Position numbers and translations under genes: made by a program | Shown here: one piece after another, positions 13,321-25,029 of the stretch | Numbering within the stretch: position 1 is the first letter of the stretch | Layout of the letters: every line of letters starts with the position of its first letter | Notes under the pieces: generated by a model | The model's database searches: none | Told to the model about the DNA's origin: nothing | Seen by the model: the letters and a program-made list of their open reading frames with translations, nothing else | Source of the DNA: Lytechinus pictus | Taxonomy: Eukaryota | Direction: 5' to 3' | DNA length: 64,000 nt | Assembly: GCF_037042905.1 (NCBI RefSeq) | Contig: NC_087258.1 | Span: 14,384,001 to 14,448,000, forward strand

Positions 13321-15354
13321 GGCTTATTATAATCACTCGGGTCGCGTTCGCGTTCGAAATCACTCGGGTCGCGTTCGTAATCACTCGGGTTTTGGATTTT
13401 TGGCGATTTTTTTTATTTCGATGCGATTTGATGTCTTCAATGGGACAAACACGCTGGGAAAATGAAATGAAATTGAAATTCTAGTTTCGTGTTAAGCCGG
13501 CAAGTGCCTTAAATAAAATGCACTCGCCTACTGCTTAACATAACAAACAAGCAAATCAGCCATGTGGCTCAACTATCCTAGAATACATCCAGACTTCTAC
13601 TGTTTTTATACGAGGACTCCGAGTCGGAACTTGCCATATCTGCCACATCGATATTACATCGTCATTCCCATGTGCGGACATGCATGCCTGCATGCAATGG
13701 CCCCAAGGCGGGACCCGGCCACGGTCGGACACGGCGTGCATTGGTAGCATGGAGCAAGGTAACGTGATCTACGCCGATATTTTATATCCGATTTTCCCTT
13801 CAAGGGGCATGATCGAAGATTGGCAGGTGATCGCCGATTGTGGTAAAATCGGGAGCCGATTTAAAAATCGGTTAATTAGAACAGGTACAATTACGATTTT
13901 AAAATTAATTTAAAATCGATTTCCAAAATCAATTTTAAGATCGATCTAAGATCAATTTTAGATCAGTTTTAGTATTAGTTTTTAAAAACCCATTCACATT
14001 TTTACTGATGCTGACGAAAAGTTAGTTTGGTTGTCAGAGCATTATTTGTCCTGCGTCTAAATAACTATGTCCGATCGAGGGACCGTTTTAATTTCGGAAA
14101 GGTAGGAGAGACAGAGAGAGAGAAAGACTGATCCCCGTTCAGCTCAACGTATACGTTTGGCACGCGAGCACAAAGAAGATCAATTAAGCACATCACCTAA
14201 TGCAATGTTTCGAGAATTTAGGTAGGGAAATTTTTAAGTCTCCAGTTACTTAAAACATGATATGGCCATTTTATCTATAAAATAAGACAAATTTTATGAG
14301 AAATGGACAGTAATTAAGAGAGCAGAATTTTAAAACGCCTATCGGAAAGATCGTCCTCAAAGCTCATTACGTATTAGACAGCTGGCAGCCGTCTGTTTCG
14401 AGTTTTTTAACATTTTTATTTCTCCTCGTACACAGACGGCTCGCTATGGTGCAACCATCATTACGGGGTTAACAATGCAAAATCCCCCAGACGGCGCTCA
14501 TCGATTTTTGTCTTTATTTCATAAAAATATATGAAAAGAACTGTATTGGTGAGTGGAGCTAACGAAGTTCAGCGGAACAACGAACATTGCAGAGACCGAA
14601 GCTCTTGGTCTAAATACGTATATATGCATTAAACCACGGATGGCTGGCTATGCATACCGCTGAATTAAATACTTTTGGACGAGCTGCGGACTGACTGGCA
14701 CTGTAACGTGGGATCTAACTCGGCTCGACTCACGTTACCTTGCTCCATGCTACCGATGCACGCCGTGTCCAACCGTGGCCGGGTTCCGCCTTGGGGCCAT
14801 TGCATGCAGGCATGCATGTCCGCACATGGGAATGACGATGCAGGGGCCGCGGAAGCGGGGGGGCTGAGGGGGCTTCAGCCCCCTCCCACTTTTTTCCAAA
14901 ACCGTGTACAAAAACGTAAAAATTACCATATGATTGTGATTTTTTGCATGGTCAGTCCCCCCCCCCACTTTTGGCTCAGCCCCCCCACTTTGAAAACCGT
15001 TCCGCGGCCCCTGCGATGTCATATCGATGTGGCAGATATGGCAAGTTCCGACTCGGAGTCCTCGTATAAAAATAGTAGAAGTCTGGATGTATTCTAGGAT
15101 AGTTGAGCCACATGGCTGATTTGCTTGTTTGTTATGTTAAGCAGTAGGCAGGTGCATTTTATTTGAGGCACTTGTCAGCTTAACACGAAACTAGAATTTC
15201 AATTTCATTTCATTTTCCCAGCGTGTTTGTCCCATTGAAGACATCAAATCGCATCGAAATAAAAAAAATCGCCAAAAATCCAAAACCCGAGTGATTACGA
15301 ACGCGACCCGAGTGATTTCGAACGCGAACGCGACCCGAGTGATTATAATAAGCC
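13321..15354. mobile_element. 2034-bp non-autonomous DNA transposon with ~450-bp TIRs (Merlin- or MULE-like)
   Basis: Termini GGCTTATTATAATCACTCGGG / CCCGAGTGATTATAATAAGCC; TIRs 13321-13767 and 14730-15354; 8-bp TSD TAAATAAG (13313-13320, 15355-15362). The empty site is present in copy A at ~7868. Confidence 0.92.
14841..15013. mobile_element. MITE nested in the right TIR of the 2-kb element
   Basis: 14-bp perfect TIR CAGGGGCCGCGGAA / TTCCGCGGCCCCTG; CGATG duplicated on both sides; absent from the left TIR. Confidence 0.9.
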
Positions 15355-16794
15355 TAAATAAGTGACCTTTTCTGGACTTTAAGGTACATTATTTGAGATC
15401 TTTTCATCAGATTGACGTCAATAATCCGTTTTTTTAATACTGGATTTACGATCACATTTGAATGAATCAGAACAAGACAACAAATAAAGTTCCTTTACCC
15501 CAAATCAATTCGTGACAAGTGAAGGTAAGAATTTGTTTAAGTCTCGATAAAGCTCCAAATGTTTTTCAAGGATTTTCCCCTCCAAGGAAAGGAAATGAAA
15601 GTTTATGAATATCAAATTCTTTGAAAAGGGAGGCACTATTAAATAGCTATATTATTGTTTTTATATCAACATATGTCCCTTATTACGCACAATTTAATTT
15701 TGTTTTAAACGTGTCAAGTACTAACTCAATGGCCTTTTTATACTAGCTTCTTTTTTATCTCTGGATCTCTCGTCATGATACTTTAACTTTCTCTTCGTCT
15801 TCCTCCTACTCTCTATTCCTCCATTTCCGACACCCACCCGCCACGGTCACTCTAGGATCACGCGCGTAAAACATTTCCAATAGACTCGTGCGGTAAAATT
15901 ACACTGTTAAAAAAATCATAAAAAATGAAGTTGAAATTAGAGGGTTGAATGTTTACTACCAGTAGATATGATACATATCAGACATTCCATATCTGACCAG
16001 AATAGGTTAGCTTAGCCAGCTCATTTTTAAAATAAATCGGCATTTATGCAGACATCTCCTCACGGGATCAAATTCATCACCTGAGACAGCAAAATAGCCC
16101 TATTCTTCCGCCAGCCCCCCCAAAAGTTCCAAAATCATCAATATTTCGTCAAACTTTGGGCAAAGGAAGTTCAGTAGTTGCCCTTCCTGTAATCAGTGTT
16201 AGATGGTCAATCATATCATACTCTTGTCAATCAGCAATATCAAATTTAAACAAATTCAAATGGGTGGAGACGAATCAATAAATTTTTCCTTCCTGTTGTA
16301 ATTAGGCTCGTGGCACCTGTATCTCTCTCACTACCATGGACCTATTACACCCACACCAACATACACAAACACACACTCTCATCCTCATGCCCTTTCACCA
16401 TGTTCGCTATACAGAACAAACCTCAGTCTTACATTTCCAGCTAGCGAGAGATGTTTTCCTCAAACAAAAAATTCCAAGCTTCCATTTCGTACATGATATT
16501 TTTTTTTTCTAAAAGTTTATTGATCATACATGGGTGTCACTCCAGTGTGACGTAAATAATTCAATCTACAGGTAGAGCTGAAAGAACCGTTGTAGAACAA
16601 ATAACTAAATAAAAAAGGATGAATAAGAGGTGATTTGCATACTGCAAATGTAACGTAAGTAAATGATTCAATACGCCATTTGTATACATTTTGGGCATCG
16701 ATAACAATTATGGTCTAAACTGAGTGCTTTACAAAGTACGACAAGATACAACATCAATTTACCGGTCGTATAACGTTGCGAAATTAGATAAAAA

Positions 16795-17068
16795 TCATTC
16801 TAATTTTGACTTTCTACTGTTTAAGCATCGGGATGGACATCGTATACAGCATGAATAAACAAGGAAGGTGGTAACGAGAAGGATGGCGCCGATGAACGCT
16901 AAGACGTCAATGGAATTAAGTTGGATGAAGTTGAGTTGCAGTGCTCTAGATCTCAGGTGTGATCCGCCATGTTTGAGGATATGTTCAACCCAGTAGACTA
17001 TAGTTTCCTCAGGGTCAGATTGGGTATCTTTGTAGATTCTTGAATATTTGATGATATTATCCCTGTAA
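16795..17068 (-). CDS. UGT: UGT last exon, proximal (exon 5a): TM helix and ER-retrieval tail
   Basis: Acceptor TTTGTTTTCAG, phase 2 matches exon 4; ..VYWVEHILKHGGSHLRSRALQLNFIQLNSIDVLAFIGAILLVTTFLVYSCCIRCPSRCLNSRKSKLE*; AATAAA on the minus strand at 16516-16521. Confidence 0.93.
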
Positions 17069-17108
17069 CTGAAAACAAATAAAGTACGGACGAATTATGG
17101 AGTACTTG

Positions 17109-17270
17109 CATTGGCGGCGGAAGCCAAAAATTTTAGGGGGGGACCTCAAAAAAAAAATTGACAAGCAAAAAAAAAAAAAAAAAGGTAATCAACAAAAAAT
17201 TTAGGGGGGATCGTCCCCCACCTAAAATTTAGGGGGGACACGTCCCCCCCCCCCGCTTCCGCCGCCTTTG
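17109..17270. mobile_element. hAT-like MITE (duplicate of 9968-10136)
   Basis: Same TIRs and AGTACTTG TSD (17101-17108, 17271-17278). Confidence 0.85.
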
Positions 17271-17874
17271 AGTACTTGGCAATCTTAATAAGCAAGCGAA
17301 CAAACTTGTTGTATTTTTAAAATGGAAAGATCCACGCCTATTTTGTTTATTTATTTTTGTTTTTATTTTATTTCATTTTCAGGTATACATTATACTCGTA
17401 ACAATTAAAGTCAAATTCATTACATTGACAATAATCATCATACAATATCTAATATACAATATAAGAAAACAAATTAAAACATTAAAAAAAGGAAAGAATA
17501 CCAGCTAATGCCTGGGGATTATCAAAAGAAAGTTTCTGTTAAAAGACTCTCCTCATTAGCTGGTGCTAAAAAAGAACACTAACACTTAAATACAGTTCAA
17601 CAAATAACAAATACAAATGATAGTTGAAGACATAATAATGACATTGAAGACATAATAATGACATTTGAAGACATAATCGCCTATGACAGAACTTAATAGA
17701 AGATAAACAGCGATGTGTATAGAAAGCTGGCCACCCTGGATAAAATTGGCAGACATGGCTTAAATTCTTTCGAAATTGAGTAGAGAGGTAAGATTTTCAA
17801 TCATCAGTGAGTGAGGATGTGTTAGCATGCATAGTGAAATATCAACCTGCTGCCATTAATTCTCCACAAGAATG

Positions 17875-18176
17875 NNNNNNNNNNNNNNNNNNNNNNNNNN
17901 NNNNNNNNNNNNNNNNNNNNNNNNNNNNNNNNNNNNNNNNNNNNNNNNNNNNNNNNNNNNNNNNNNNNNNNNNNNNNNNNNNNNNNNNNNNNNNNNNNNN
18001 NNNNNNNNNNNNNNNNNNNNNNNNNNNNNNNNNNTAACACCTACTTTATTAGAGTCTCTATGAGCTCTACAGTGATTTTTTTGTGTGCGGCATATTTACC
18101 CTGGTTTTAGCAGAATACCTACCAAGTACAGATTCCCCTCACCTGGGTTGAGTGTAGCACAATGTGGATAAACTTC
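17875..18176 (-). mobile_element. Degenerate SINE 3' half with simple-repeat tail (tail N-masked)
   Basis: The reverse complement TTATCCACATTGTGCTACACTCAACCCAGGTGAGG resembles the core of the SINE at 21041; the (TAT/TAC)n tail is visible in copy A at 10680-10770. Confidence 0.6.
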
Positions 18177-18254
18177 AACTAAACGACATAAGGTAATTTC
18201 ATTAGTTATTTTTTTATTTGAACAAATTATTGCTATTGGTGTTGGTCCTCTTAC

Positions 18255-18474
18255 CTTTGATTTACCAGGACATCCGTGATCACTTCCCTCACGTTCTCGT
18301 CGGTAGCGTAGAATCTGTTGAGAATCCTTCCAATTCCCTTAGTCTTGACCTTGACAGCATTGGACGCTTGATCAAATATCACTGGCATGACGACCAGTGG
18401 TACAGCATGGTATATAGCTTCTAGAATGCCTCGCAAACCGCCATGATATATCATCAATCTTGCTTTAGGGTGAC
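18255..18474 (-). CDS. UGT: UGT common exon 4 (UDP-sugar-binding signature)
   Basis: TGACAG acceptor, AG/GTAAGA donor, 220 nt; GHPKARLMIYHGGLRGILEAIYHAVPLVVMPVIFDQASNAVKVKTKGIGRIL. Confidence 0.95.
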
Positions 18475-18691
18475 CTGTCATTAAACATAGCAAACATTTA
18501 CATATATTAAAAAAAATAACATCCCCTCATCAAATTCATGGGAGAGTATTATTAAGCAAAGAGTGATTTGTCACTGATAAGTTTGCTCTGAAAATGAAAA
18601 TATATTGACATCCTATAACAATATAGCTATATGAAAACACTGAAATTTTCTTTAATATGATACCCTCCCCGGTTAGGCGTTGAGTTGCGTC

Positions 18692-18883
18692 CAGTGGCGG
18701 ATCCGGGGGGGGGGGCACATCCGGTCCGTGCCCCCCCCCCCCCTCTTTTGAGAGACATAGTCAATATTTTTAATGTAAACATGTCGTTCATATACACAAG
18801 TGATGACCTTTGGTTTTTTTTGTAATTTTTTTTCTAGAAAAAATGTGCCCCCCTTTAAAAAAAAAATCCTGGATTCGCCCCTG
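18692..18883. mobile_element. hAT-like MITE in UGT intron 3
   Basis: TIRs CAGTGGCGGATCC / GGATTCGCCCCTG; 8-bp TSD GTTGCGTC / GTTGCATC. Confidence 0.8.
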
Positions 18884-20100
18884 GTTGCATCTAATGTTTC
18901 ATTTCTGTTTATATCCAACACGAATTATATACTGGGTTTATGCGTATTCAGATAAATAGTTTTCTATTTGAAAAGTGCATTATGATTTTAGCCATACACG
19001 ACCCCAAAGAGTAAGGAAGGAAGCAGGAACTACATATTGCATTATAATTATTGCTTTCTTCGCCGTGAGTGTGGGAGGAAGAGGGGGGGGGGGGTGATCA
19101 TCACATCTATGTTTTTTCCTCAAGTTTGGGTAAATCATCTAGACACATTTTTAGCGGTTCCGTTACATTTTTTTCGGCGACAATGGTTCCGCTGGAAAAC
19201 CTGTATGCTAAGCTAAACATGGGCCTGAAACTTAACCTCCAATTCTAAATCCCAATACTTATCTTAGCATAAATCTAAAACCAAATACTTTATCACAATC
19301 CTAACTCTAACCCTATGCCCTCTGAAATATTAAGACAGGAGCAAAGTTCGCACGAGAAAAATATCGTGTCACTGTTTTGAGCAGTATTGTGTATGGTGTG
19401 TTGGCGTATTCTTCAATAGGGGCAACAGAAAAAAATTATTTTTTTTAATGATAAAGTCGAACGTTTCGGTAGCACAATGAGTTAAAAAAAGTTGAGGGCC
19501 TGGGGCAACATAAGTCGTCTGGGGCAAAATTTATCGATCAACCAAAATGTTGACCTTTTGAATACACAAATCCAATTCTGTGATAGATTTCGACATAATA
19601 TTCAGAAAATAGAATAATATATTACCCCATTTTCATTTCATTTTCACCCCCTTTCTCCCTATATTCCGGGGTTGAGATAGATTTGGGGTCCATGTCACCC
19701 CCACCTCCTTGCGCCCCCATCTGTACCAGTGTTGTCAGGTCCAAACTGAAGAAAATCCCCTAAAGGCACTAAAAAATCCCCCAAATTGAATTCCAAATCC
19801 CCAAATTTTTCAAATCACAATTTCTTTCGTTGCCAACTAACTAGTTCGCTGAGGTACAATCTCTGTGTTAACTATATCTACAGTAGATCGTATATTATTA
19901 GCGTTATCGCCGGATGCGTCGGACGTTATATAACTGAAAAATAACACTTTTTTTTTTGCTTTTCAACAAAACCTTCCAAAATCCCCTAAAATAGACAAAA
20001 AAACCAAAAATTTAGTTTGATTCCCAAATATTTTTTCATCCCCAAATGCTTCTGGAAATCCCAATTTGTTTAATGGCAATGCCAATATCGAGCAGCTTAC

Positions 20101-20263
20101 CAAGTATGTCGTTCTGGGGTATCCAGTCTACGATCAACGTGTTATTGCCAAGGTGACGGGGGCGTGGCCCAATATACCGCCAGATCACTCTCTGTGGAAG
20201 CTCACTGAAGACTCTGGCGAAGACCTCTGCCATATGTAATGGCACCCGCGTAAAATAAGAGCC
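20101..20263 (-). CDS. UGT: UGT common exon 3
   Basis: Acceptor CTTCTCTCGTACATCAG, donor GTAAGC, 163 nt; GSYFTRVPLHMAEVFARVFSELPQRVIWRYIGPRPRHLGNNTLIVDWIPQNDIL(G). Confidence 0.95.
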
Positions 20264-20345
20264 CTGATGTACGAGAGAAGATACAAACTTTAACTGAAGG
20301 ATAGTCTATTAAGGAAGGCCTCCATGGTTATTCGTATCTATAGAA

Positions 20346-20564
20346 GGCGCGATAGCTCAGTCGGTAGAGCGGGGGATTCGTATTCCGGTGATCCGGGTTC
20401 GATTCCCACTTGGTGCGCTAGTTCCCTTTGGTAAGGCATTAATCCTCAGTACCAGGTCCTTCGGAGAGGACCTTCAGCCGTCGGTCCTCTGGTTGCTTGC
20501 TTACAAGCATTCATGCTTTCTTAGCAATCAGGTAAAAAAATCCCCACCAATCAATCAACCAATC
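20346..20564 (+). mobile_element. tRNA-derived SINE
   Basis: Pol III A box TAGCTCAGTCGG and B box GGTTCGATTCC, followed by a non-tRNA body and a (CAAT)n tail. Confidence 0.8.
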
Positions 20565-21040
20565 TAGCGGTTAAGGTGAGATTTTTAATGAAAAAAGGTA
20601 ACCCTTTTAATATGATCGAACATATCATGTGCACTTAAAATGATGATAATGAAATATAAACCTGTGTATATTAGGTAGATTATGGGGGAGGGATCTCTGT
20701 ATCAAATTTAAATTATGATATATATTCACTTTTCAGTGGTTTATAATTAGTTAGGCATTATTGTTGCTGTTTTTATGTAAATCGAATGGCAAATGAGAAA
20801 TATGGAATAAATGAAATGAAAAAGAACACAAATAATATTCATGAAGAAATGCATACAACTGTTTCACTGAAATAATGCAAAATTTTCTTTTATAGAATGC
20901 CATGTCTTTGTTATCCCTTCTCCGATTTTGAAGAAATGTTCAGTGTTTTGATGTCTGATTTTACTTTTATTTGTTCCAAACATTATTTTCACCCAGGAGT
21001 ACCCCAATAATTTGAATGTATCAAGATTTGACTGTCATGT

Positions 21041-21375
21041 GGGTGCGTCGTGGTCTAGTGGTTCTGACTCTCGCCTTTCAAACACAGGGTCGTGGGTTCG
21101 AATCCTAGCCATGGCGTGTTTTCCTTCAGCAAGAAATTTATCAGCACTGTGCTGCACTCGACCCAGGTGAGGTAAATGGGTACCGGCATGAAGTAATTCC
21201 TCAAAAAGCTGTGCGCACCAGAATCGGTAGACTAGCATAGCCGGGGTAATAAAGGAGCGCCTTGAACACCTAGCAAGGTGGATACGTGCGCTATACAAAT
21301 CCTATATTATTATTATTATTATCATTTTTATTATTATTATCATTATTATTATTGTTATTATTATTATCATTATAA
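21041..21375 (+). mobile_element. tRNA-derived SINE with L2-like 3' end and (TAT)n tail
   Basis: A box TGGTCTAGTGG, B box GGTTCGAATCC, core GCACTCGACCCAGGTGAGGTAAATGGGTACC, end GCGCTATACAAAT plus (TAT)n. Confidence 0.88.
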
Positions 21376-21396
21376 AAATAATTGGAAATATCTTAC

Positions 21397-21453
21397 CAGT
21401 GAGAATATGATGAAACCATGTTCTCCAGATCCCTCAATAAATTCTTTGTATTT
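21397..21453 (-). CDS. UGT: UGT common exon 2
   Basis: Acceptor TCTCTCATCTTTTGTAG, donor GTAAGA, 57 nt, phase 0/0; KYKEFIEGSGEHGFIIFSL, homologous to the conserved SGEHGxVVFSLGS motif. Confidence 0.92.
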
Positions 21454-21571
21454 CTACAAAAGATGAGAGAAAAATTATGAGGATCAACTTGATAATCATG
21501 TCTACCCTATATACGCGTAGAGTTATTGAGTATACTCTGTATATTGTAGCCTCAATAGAGCCATATTTCAA

Positions 21572-22103
21572 AATTCTTCTTCTCCCTCTTCTTCTCCTTT
21601 TTCTTCTTGAAGTTGTTGTTGTTCATCTTCNNNNNNNNNNNNNNNNNNNNNNNNNNNNNNNNNNNNNNNNNNNNNNNNNNNNNNNNNNNNNNNNNNNNNN
21701 NNNNNNNNNNNNNNNNNNNNNNNNNNNNNNNNNNNNNNNNNNNNNNNNNNNNNNNNNNNNNNNNNNNNNNNNNNNNNNNNNNNNNNNNNNNNNNNNNNNN
21801 NNNNNNNNNNNNNNNNNNNNNNNNNNNNNNNNNNNNNNNNNNNNNNNNNNNNNNNNNNNNNNNNNNNNNNNNNNNNNNNNNNNNNNNNCTTCTTCTTTTT
21901 CTTATTTCCTTCTTCNNNNNNNNNNNNNNNNNNNNNNNNNNNNNNNNNNNNNNNNNNNNNNNNNNNNNNNNNNNNNNNNNNNNNNNNNNNNNNNNNNNNN
22001 NNNNNNNNNNNNNNNNNNNNNNNNNNNNNNNNNNNNNNNNNNNNNNNNNNNNNNNNNNNNNNNNNNNNNNNNNNNNNNNNNNNNNNNNNNNNNNNNNNNN
22101 NNN
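21572..22103. repeat. (CTT)n low-complexity tract, largely N
   Basis: CTT-rich flanks around N runs 21631-21888 and 21916-22103. Confidence 0.7.
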
Positions 22104-22417
22104 TCCGTCACTTTGTATTCGGCTCCCTCAGCGCTTCGCGCAAATCTACAAATGAAATTGTTAATTCACAAGAATTCTGTATGTATTATTATCATTTCGA
22201 TTTGAAAATATCAATGTCGAGTCCGATACTGCATTAGGAATATGTAGGGCCTGGAGTGTAAAATTCTTGATAGATCACAATCGATATAGGTTTGAATTCT
22301 AGTCATATCAATTTGGAAAACTTTCATCCACACTTGCATTTGCTCCACCCACACGTGTACAGGAAAGAAAGTATGGGTATAGCCATAAGCTATAGATATA
22401 ATCATCATGTAGTTTAC

Positions 22418-23269
22418 CTTGTCTAACGGTCTTGCTGGGACACCGACCGTATTTCCGATAGCTACCCAGTTGGGTGCTGTTGGGTGAGGGAAATCAAAGG
22501 CAAAGCTCGTCATGCACATCCACAACTCTGCATCTCCTACGAGCTCTTGGGTGCTTCGTCCTGGAGCAATACCATGCGCGTCCTTTATCTCGTCTAAAGC
22601 TCCGAAGTGAACCCACCCTAAAAATCTCGACACAAGGTTATGGTCCATGAAGCTGGCAACCCGCTCCAGAAACGTCATCTGATCTGATAAGGGGAGTGAA
22701 TATTGTACGTACGATGAAGGCGCTGGAATCCCGTAGAGGCGTTCGTGAAAAAGAAAATATCTCGTTGTCGTCGTCACAGCTATGTGCGGTATACCTAGGT
22801 AACTACTGAGGATCGCATCACATCCGTCAACGACATCCCCGATCAGGATATCAAAATGTGATTCCTTCAGCCGAAACAGAACAGCGGAGTCCTCAAGGAG
22901 ACTTTGGCAAGCTAACCTTATCCAAGAGTACAGTTTCCCTATATCTATCATATTACTTAACGGACCCTTCTGAAAGAAATCCTCTATCATGGTGTCCAGG
23001 GTGCCCTCGTATCCTGAAGGAACATCGAAGCGGTAGTGGAGGGCGGTGTTGTAGGTGTCCCTCGGGAAGCCTTCTGTTCCTACAAATGAGCAGGTCAGGA
23101 TGGTGACGTTGTGGCCGCGACTGCTCAATGCTCCTGTTATAGCGGACATGCTTTTAGGATGACTGGTGTATTCTGGAACTAAGACAGTAACAAGGATATT
23201 TGCAGCATTGGTCAAAGAGGTGAATGCTATAGTCAGTAACGTGAACTTGGTGAATGTTACGAGTTTCAT
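22418..23269 (-). CDS. UGT: UGT variable exon 1, copy 1 (most proximal)
   Basis: ATG, signal peptide MKLV..TNA, 284 codons ending PARPLDK, donor AAG/GTAAAC in phase 0; R70 N74 G218. Confidence 0.93.
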
Positions 23270-23370
23270 CTTGCCCGTAGCGATTCCTTGTAGATTTCAA
23301 TTGTATATTATGAGTGGCATTCTTTAAATCATGCCAATCCACCGAACATGCCGAACAGATTGTCATCAAA

Positions 23371-23377
23371 TGAGTCA
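23371..23377. promoter_or_regulatory. AP-1 consensus ~100 bp upstream of the exon-1 ATG, present in every unit
   Basis: TGAGTCA is kept even in the diverged upstream flank of copy 10; a 7-mer match only. Confidence 0.25.
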
Positions 23378-23700
23378 CAGTAAAGCTCTACAGATCACTC
23401 ATTCATGTCATTATTCACTCCTTTTTTGGTTTGCAAACGTTTCCGCTGAGCCATATACATGTAGATATGCTTCAGCACCCCCGATTCCCAGGGCCATTAT
23501 GTGGAAGAGCTGTATTCACATCATATTTCTCATGCGCATGTTTTGCAAGAAAACATCTTGTTGATTGGATCGTAGACCTCTTGGTCTACGAGTAGATGGT
23601 CTAATTCTCAGGGTTAGGATTTCTTTTAACCTCCTTTTTAGTCCTTAAATATACTTTGTTATTCTGATCCGCCTTCACTCCCTTCAGTGTATGAAAAGAA

Positions 23701-24546
23701 AACAGAGGAACAGCTACAGCTGAACTATCTACAAAATCTATTTATCATGCATTGAAACGCTGATTGAACAGTTATTATTCATCATTTCCTTCATTCTGGC
23801 ATGAAAATGGAATTATCTCAAGTAGCAAGAAAATAAACTGGACAGAAATATATGCCCCACCAAAGATAAAAAAGGGCGGAGACACACAATATAAGCTACT
23901 CCACAATGTTTGCCATCTTTACCAGTTCTTCACCATTTTAACAAGGACATTCCGATACAGTTCAGATGGTGCTTTGAGACTGGGACCATCATCCATCTAT
24001 TCATACAGTGCCCGGCCATCCAGTAATCCCTCAACGTTTTACATCGTCTGATTCACCGACTCATTCCGAACATTAATATCGACTTCGATTTATACTGGGC
24101 ACTGGTTCCTCATGCTTCGGGCCGCTGCAAGGAAGCCGTGCGTTTATGTAACTTTTTGTTAATTAGTTTCAAAAGTACCATTTATTGGCTGTATCGTACT
24201 TTGAATCTTTCAGATCCCCTATTGGTTTGGAAATTCAAATTGAAAAGCATGAATTTTCTTGATTATGAGTTTTTTAAGTTACAAAATAACGATACTGCCT
24301 TCTCAAAGCGATGGTTCGTGAACAATGCCCTTTGTTCTGTCGGCACTTCTTTTGAGTTAGTTTGGTCATTTTGAATGTAGGAATGTAGGCCTACTGTTAC
24401 TTTACTGGTTGTTAAACGTTATTTCTTGGTTTGTTTTTAATGAGTCCTTATTTGTACTTACGAAGTATATTATTCTGATATTTTATTTGTATATATGTTA
24501 TAGTTTGCTTGTAAATAAAGTTTCATTTTGAAAAGTAAAAAAAAAA
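23701..24546 (+). mobile_element. Tx1-clade LINE 3' fragment with polyA, one per array junction (also from ~26310, 28883, 31453, 34024, 36595, 39166, 41740, 44348)
   Basis: Frameshifted ORF2 C-terminus WTEIYAPPKIKKGGDTQYKLLHNV/LPSLPVLHHF..WCFETGTIIHLFIQCP..FSKRWxVxNALCSV, then a T-rich UTR, AATAAA and an A-run joined to (CTT)n. Confidence 0.8.
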
Positions 24547-25029
24547 GTCTTCTTCTTCTTCTTCCTCTTCTTCTTCATGTTCTTCTTCATATCTTCTTCT
24601 TCTTCGTCGTCTTCTTCTTCTTCCTCTTCTTTTTCTTCTTAACGTTTTCTACTTTTTCGTCTTCTCCTTCCTTTCTTTTTCATTCTTCTTCTTCTTCCTA
24701 TATTTCATCTTTCTCTGTCACTTTGTATTCGGCTCCCTCAGCGCTTCGCGCAAGTCAAAAAATGAAATTGTTAATTCACGAGAATTCTGTATGTATTATT
24801 ATCATTTCGATTTCAGAATATCAATGTCGAGTCCGATACTGCATTAGGAATGTGTAGGGCCTGGAGTGTAAAATTCTTGATGGATCACAATAATCATATA
24901 GGTTTGAACTCTAGTCATATCAATTTGGAAAACTTTCATCCACACTTGCATTTGCTCCACCCACACGTGTACAGGAAAGAAAGTATGGGTATAGCCATAA
25001 GCTATGTATATACTCATCATGTAGTTTAC

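Larger units (their letters stand above)
12525..18079. repeat. Segmental duplication copy B (contains the proximal UGT last exon)
   Basis: Matches 7080-10824 apart from the 13321-15354 insertion and small indels. Confidence 0.95.

Noticed and set aside
20346-21115. tRNA genes at 20346 and 21041
   Set aside because: A and B boxes are present, but the sequences continue into SINE bodies and simple-repeat tails without a convincing acceptor stem and terminator.
22211-23269. 345-352 aa ORFs as ten complete single-exon genes
   Set aside because: UGT similarity ends at PLDK, exactly at a GT donor; the remaining ~60-68 aa are intron read-through, vary by frameshift in copies 2 and 9, and lack the UDP-sugar domain and TM helix.
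22858-23564. Recurrent 82-, 74- and 77-aa ORFs in every unit
   Set aside because: Antisense or alternative-frame by-products of exon 1 and its flank; they recur only because the DNA is repeated.
23570-23591. 9-bp-stem hairpin TCGTAGACC-TCTT-GGTCTACGA in each unit
   Set aside because: Short and not preserved in the outer homolog at ~49205-49240; no evidence of function.
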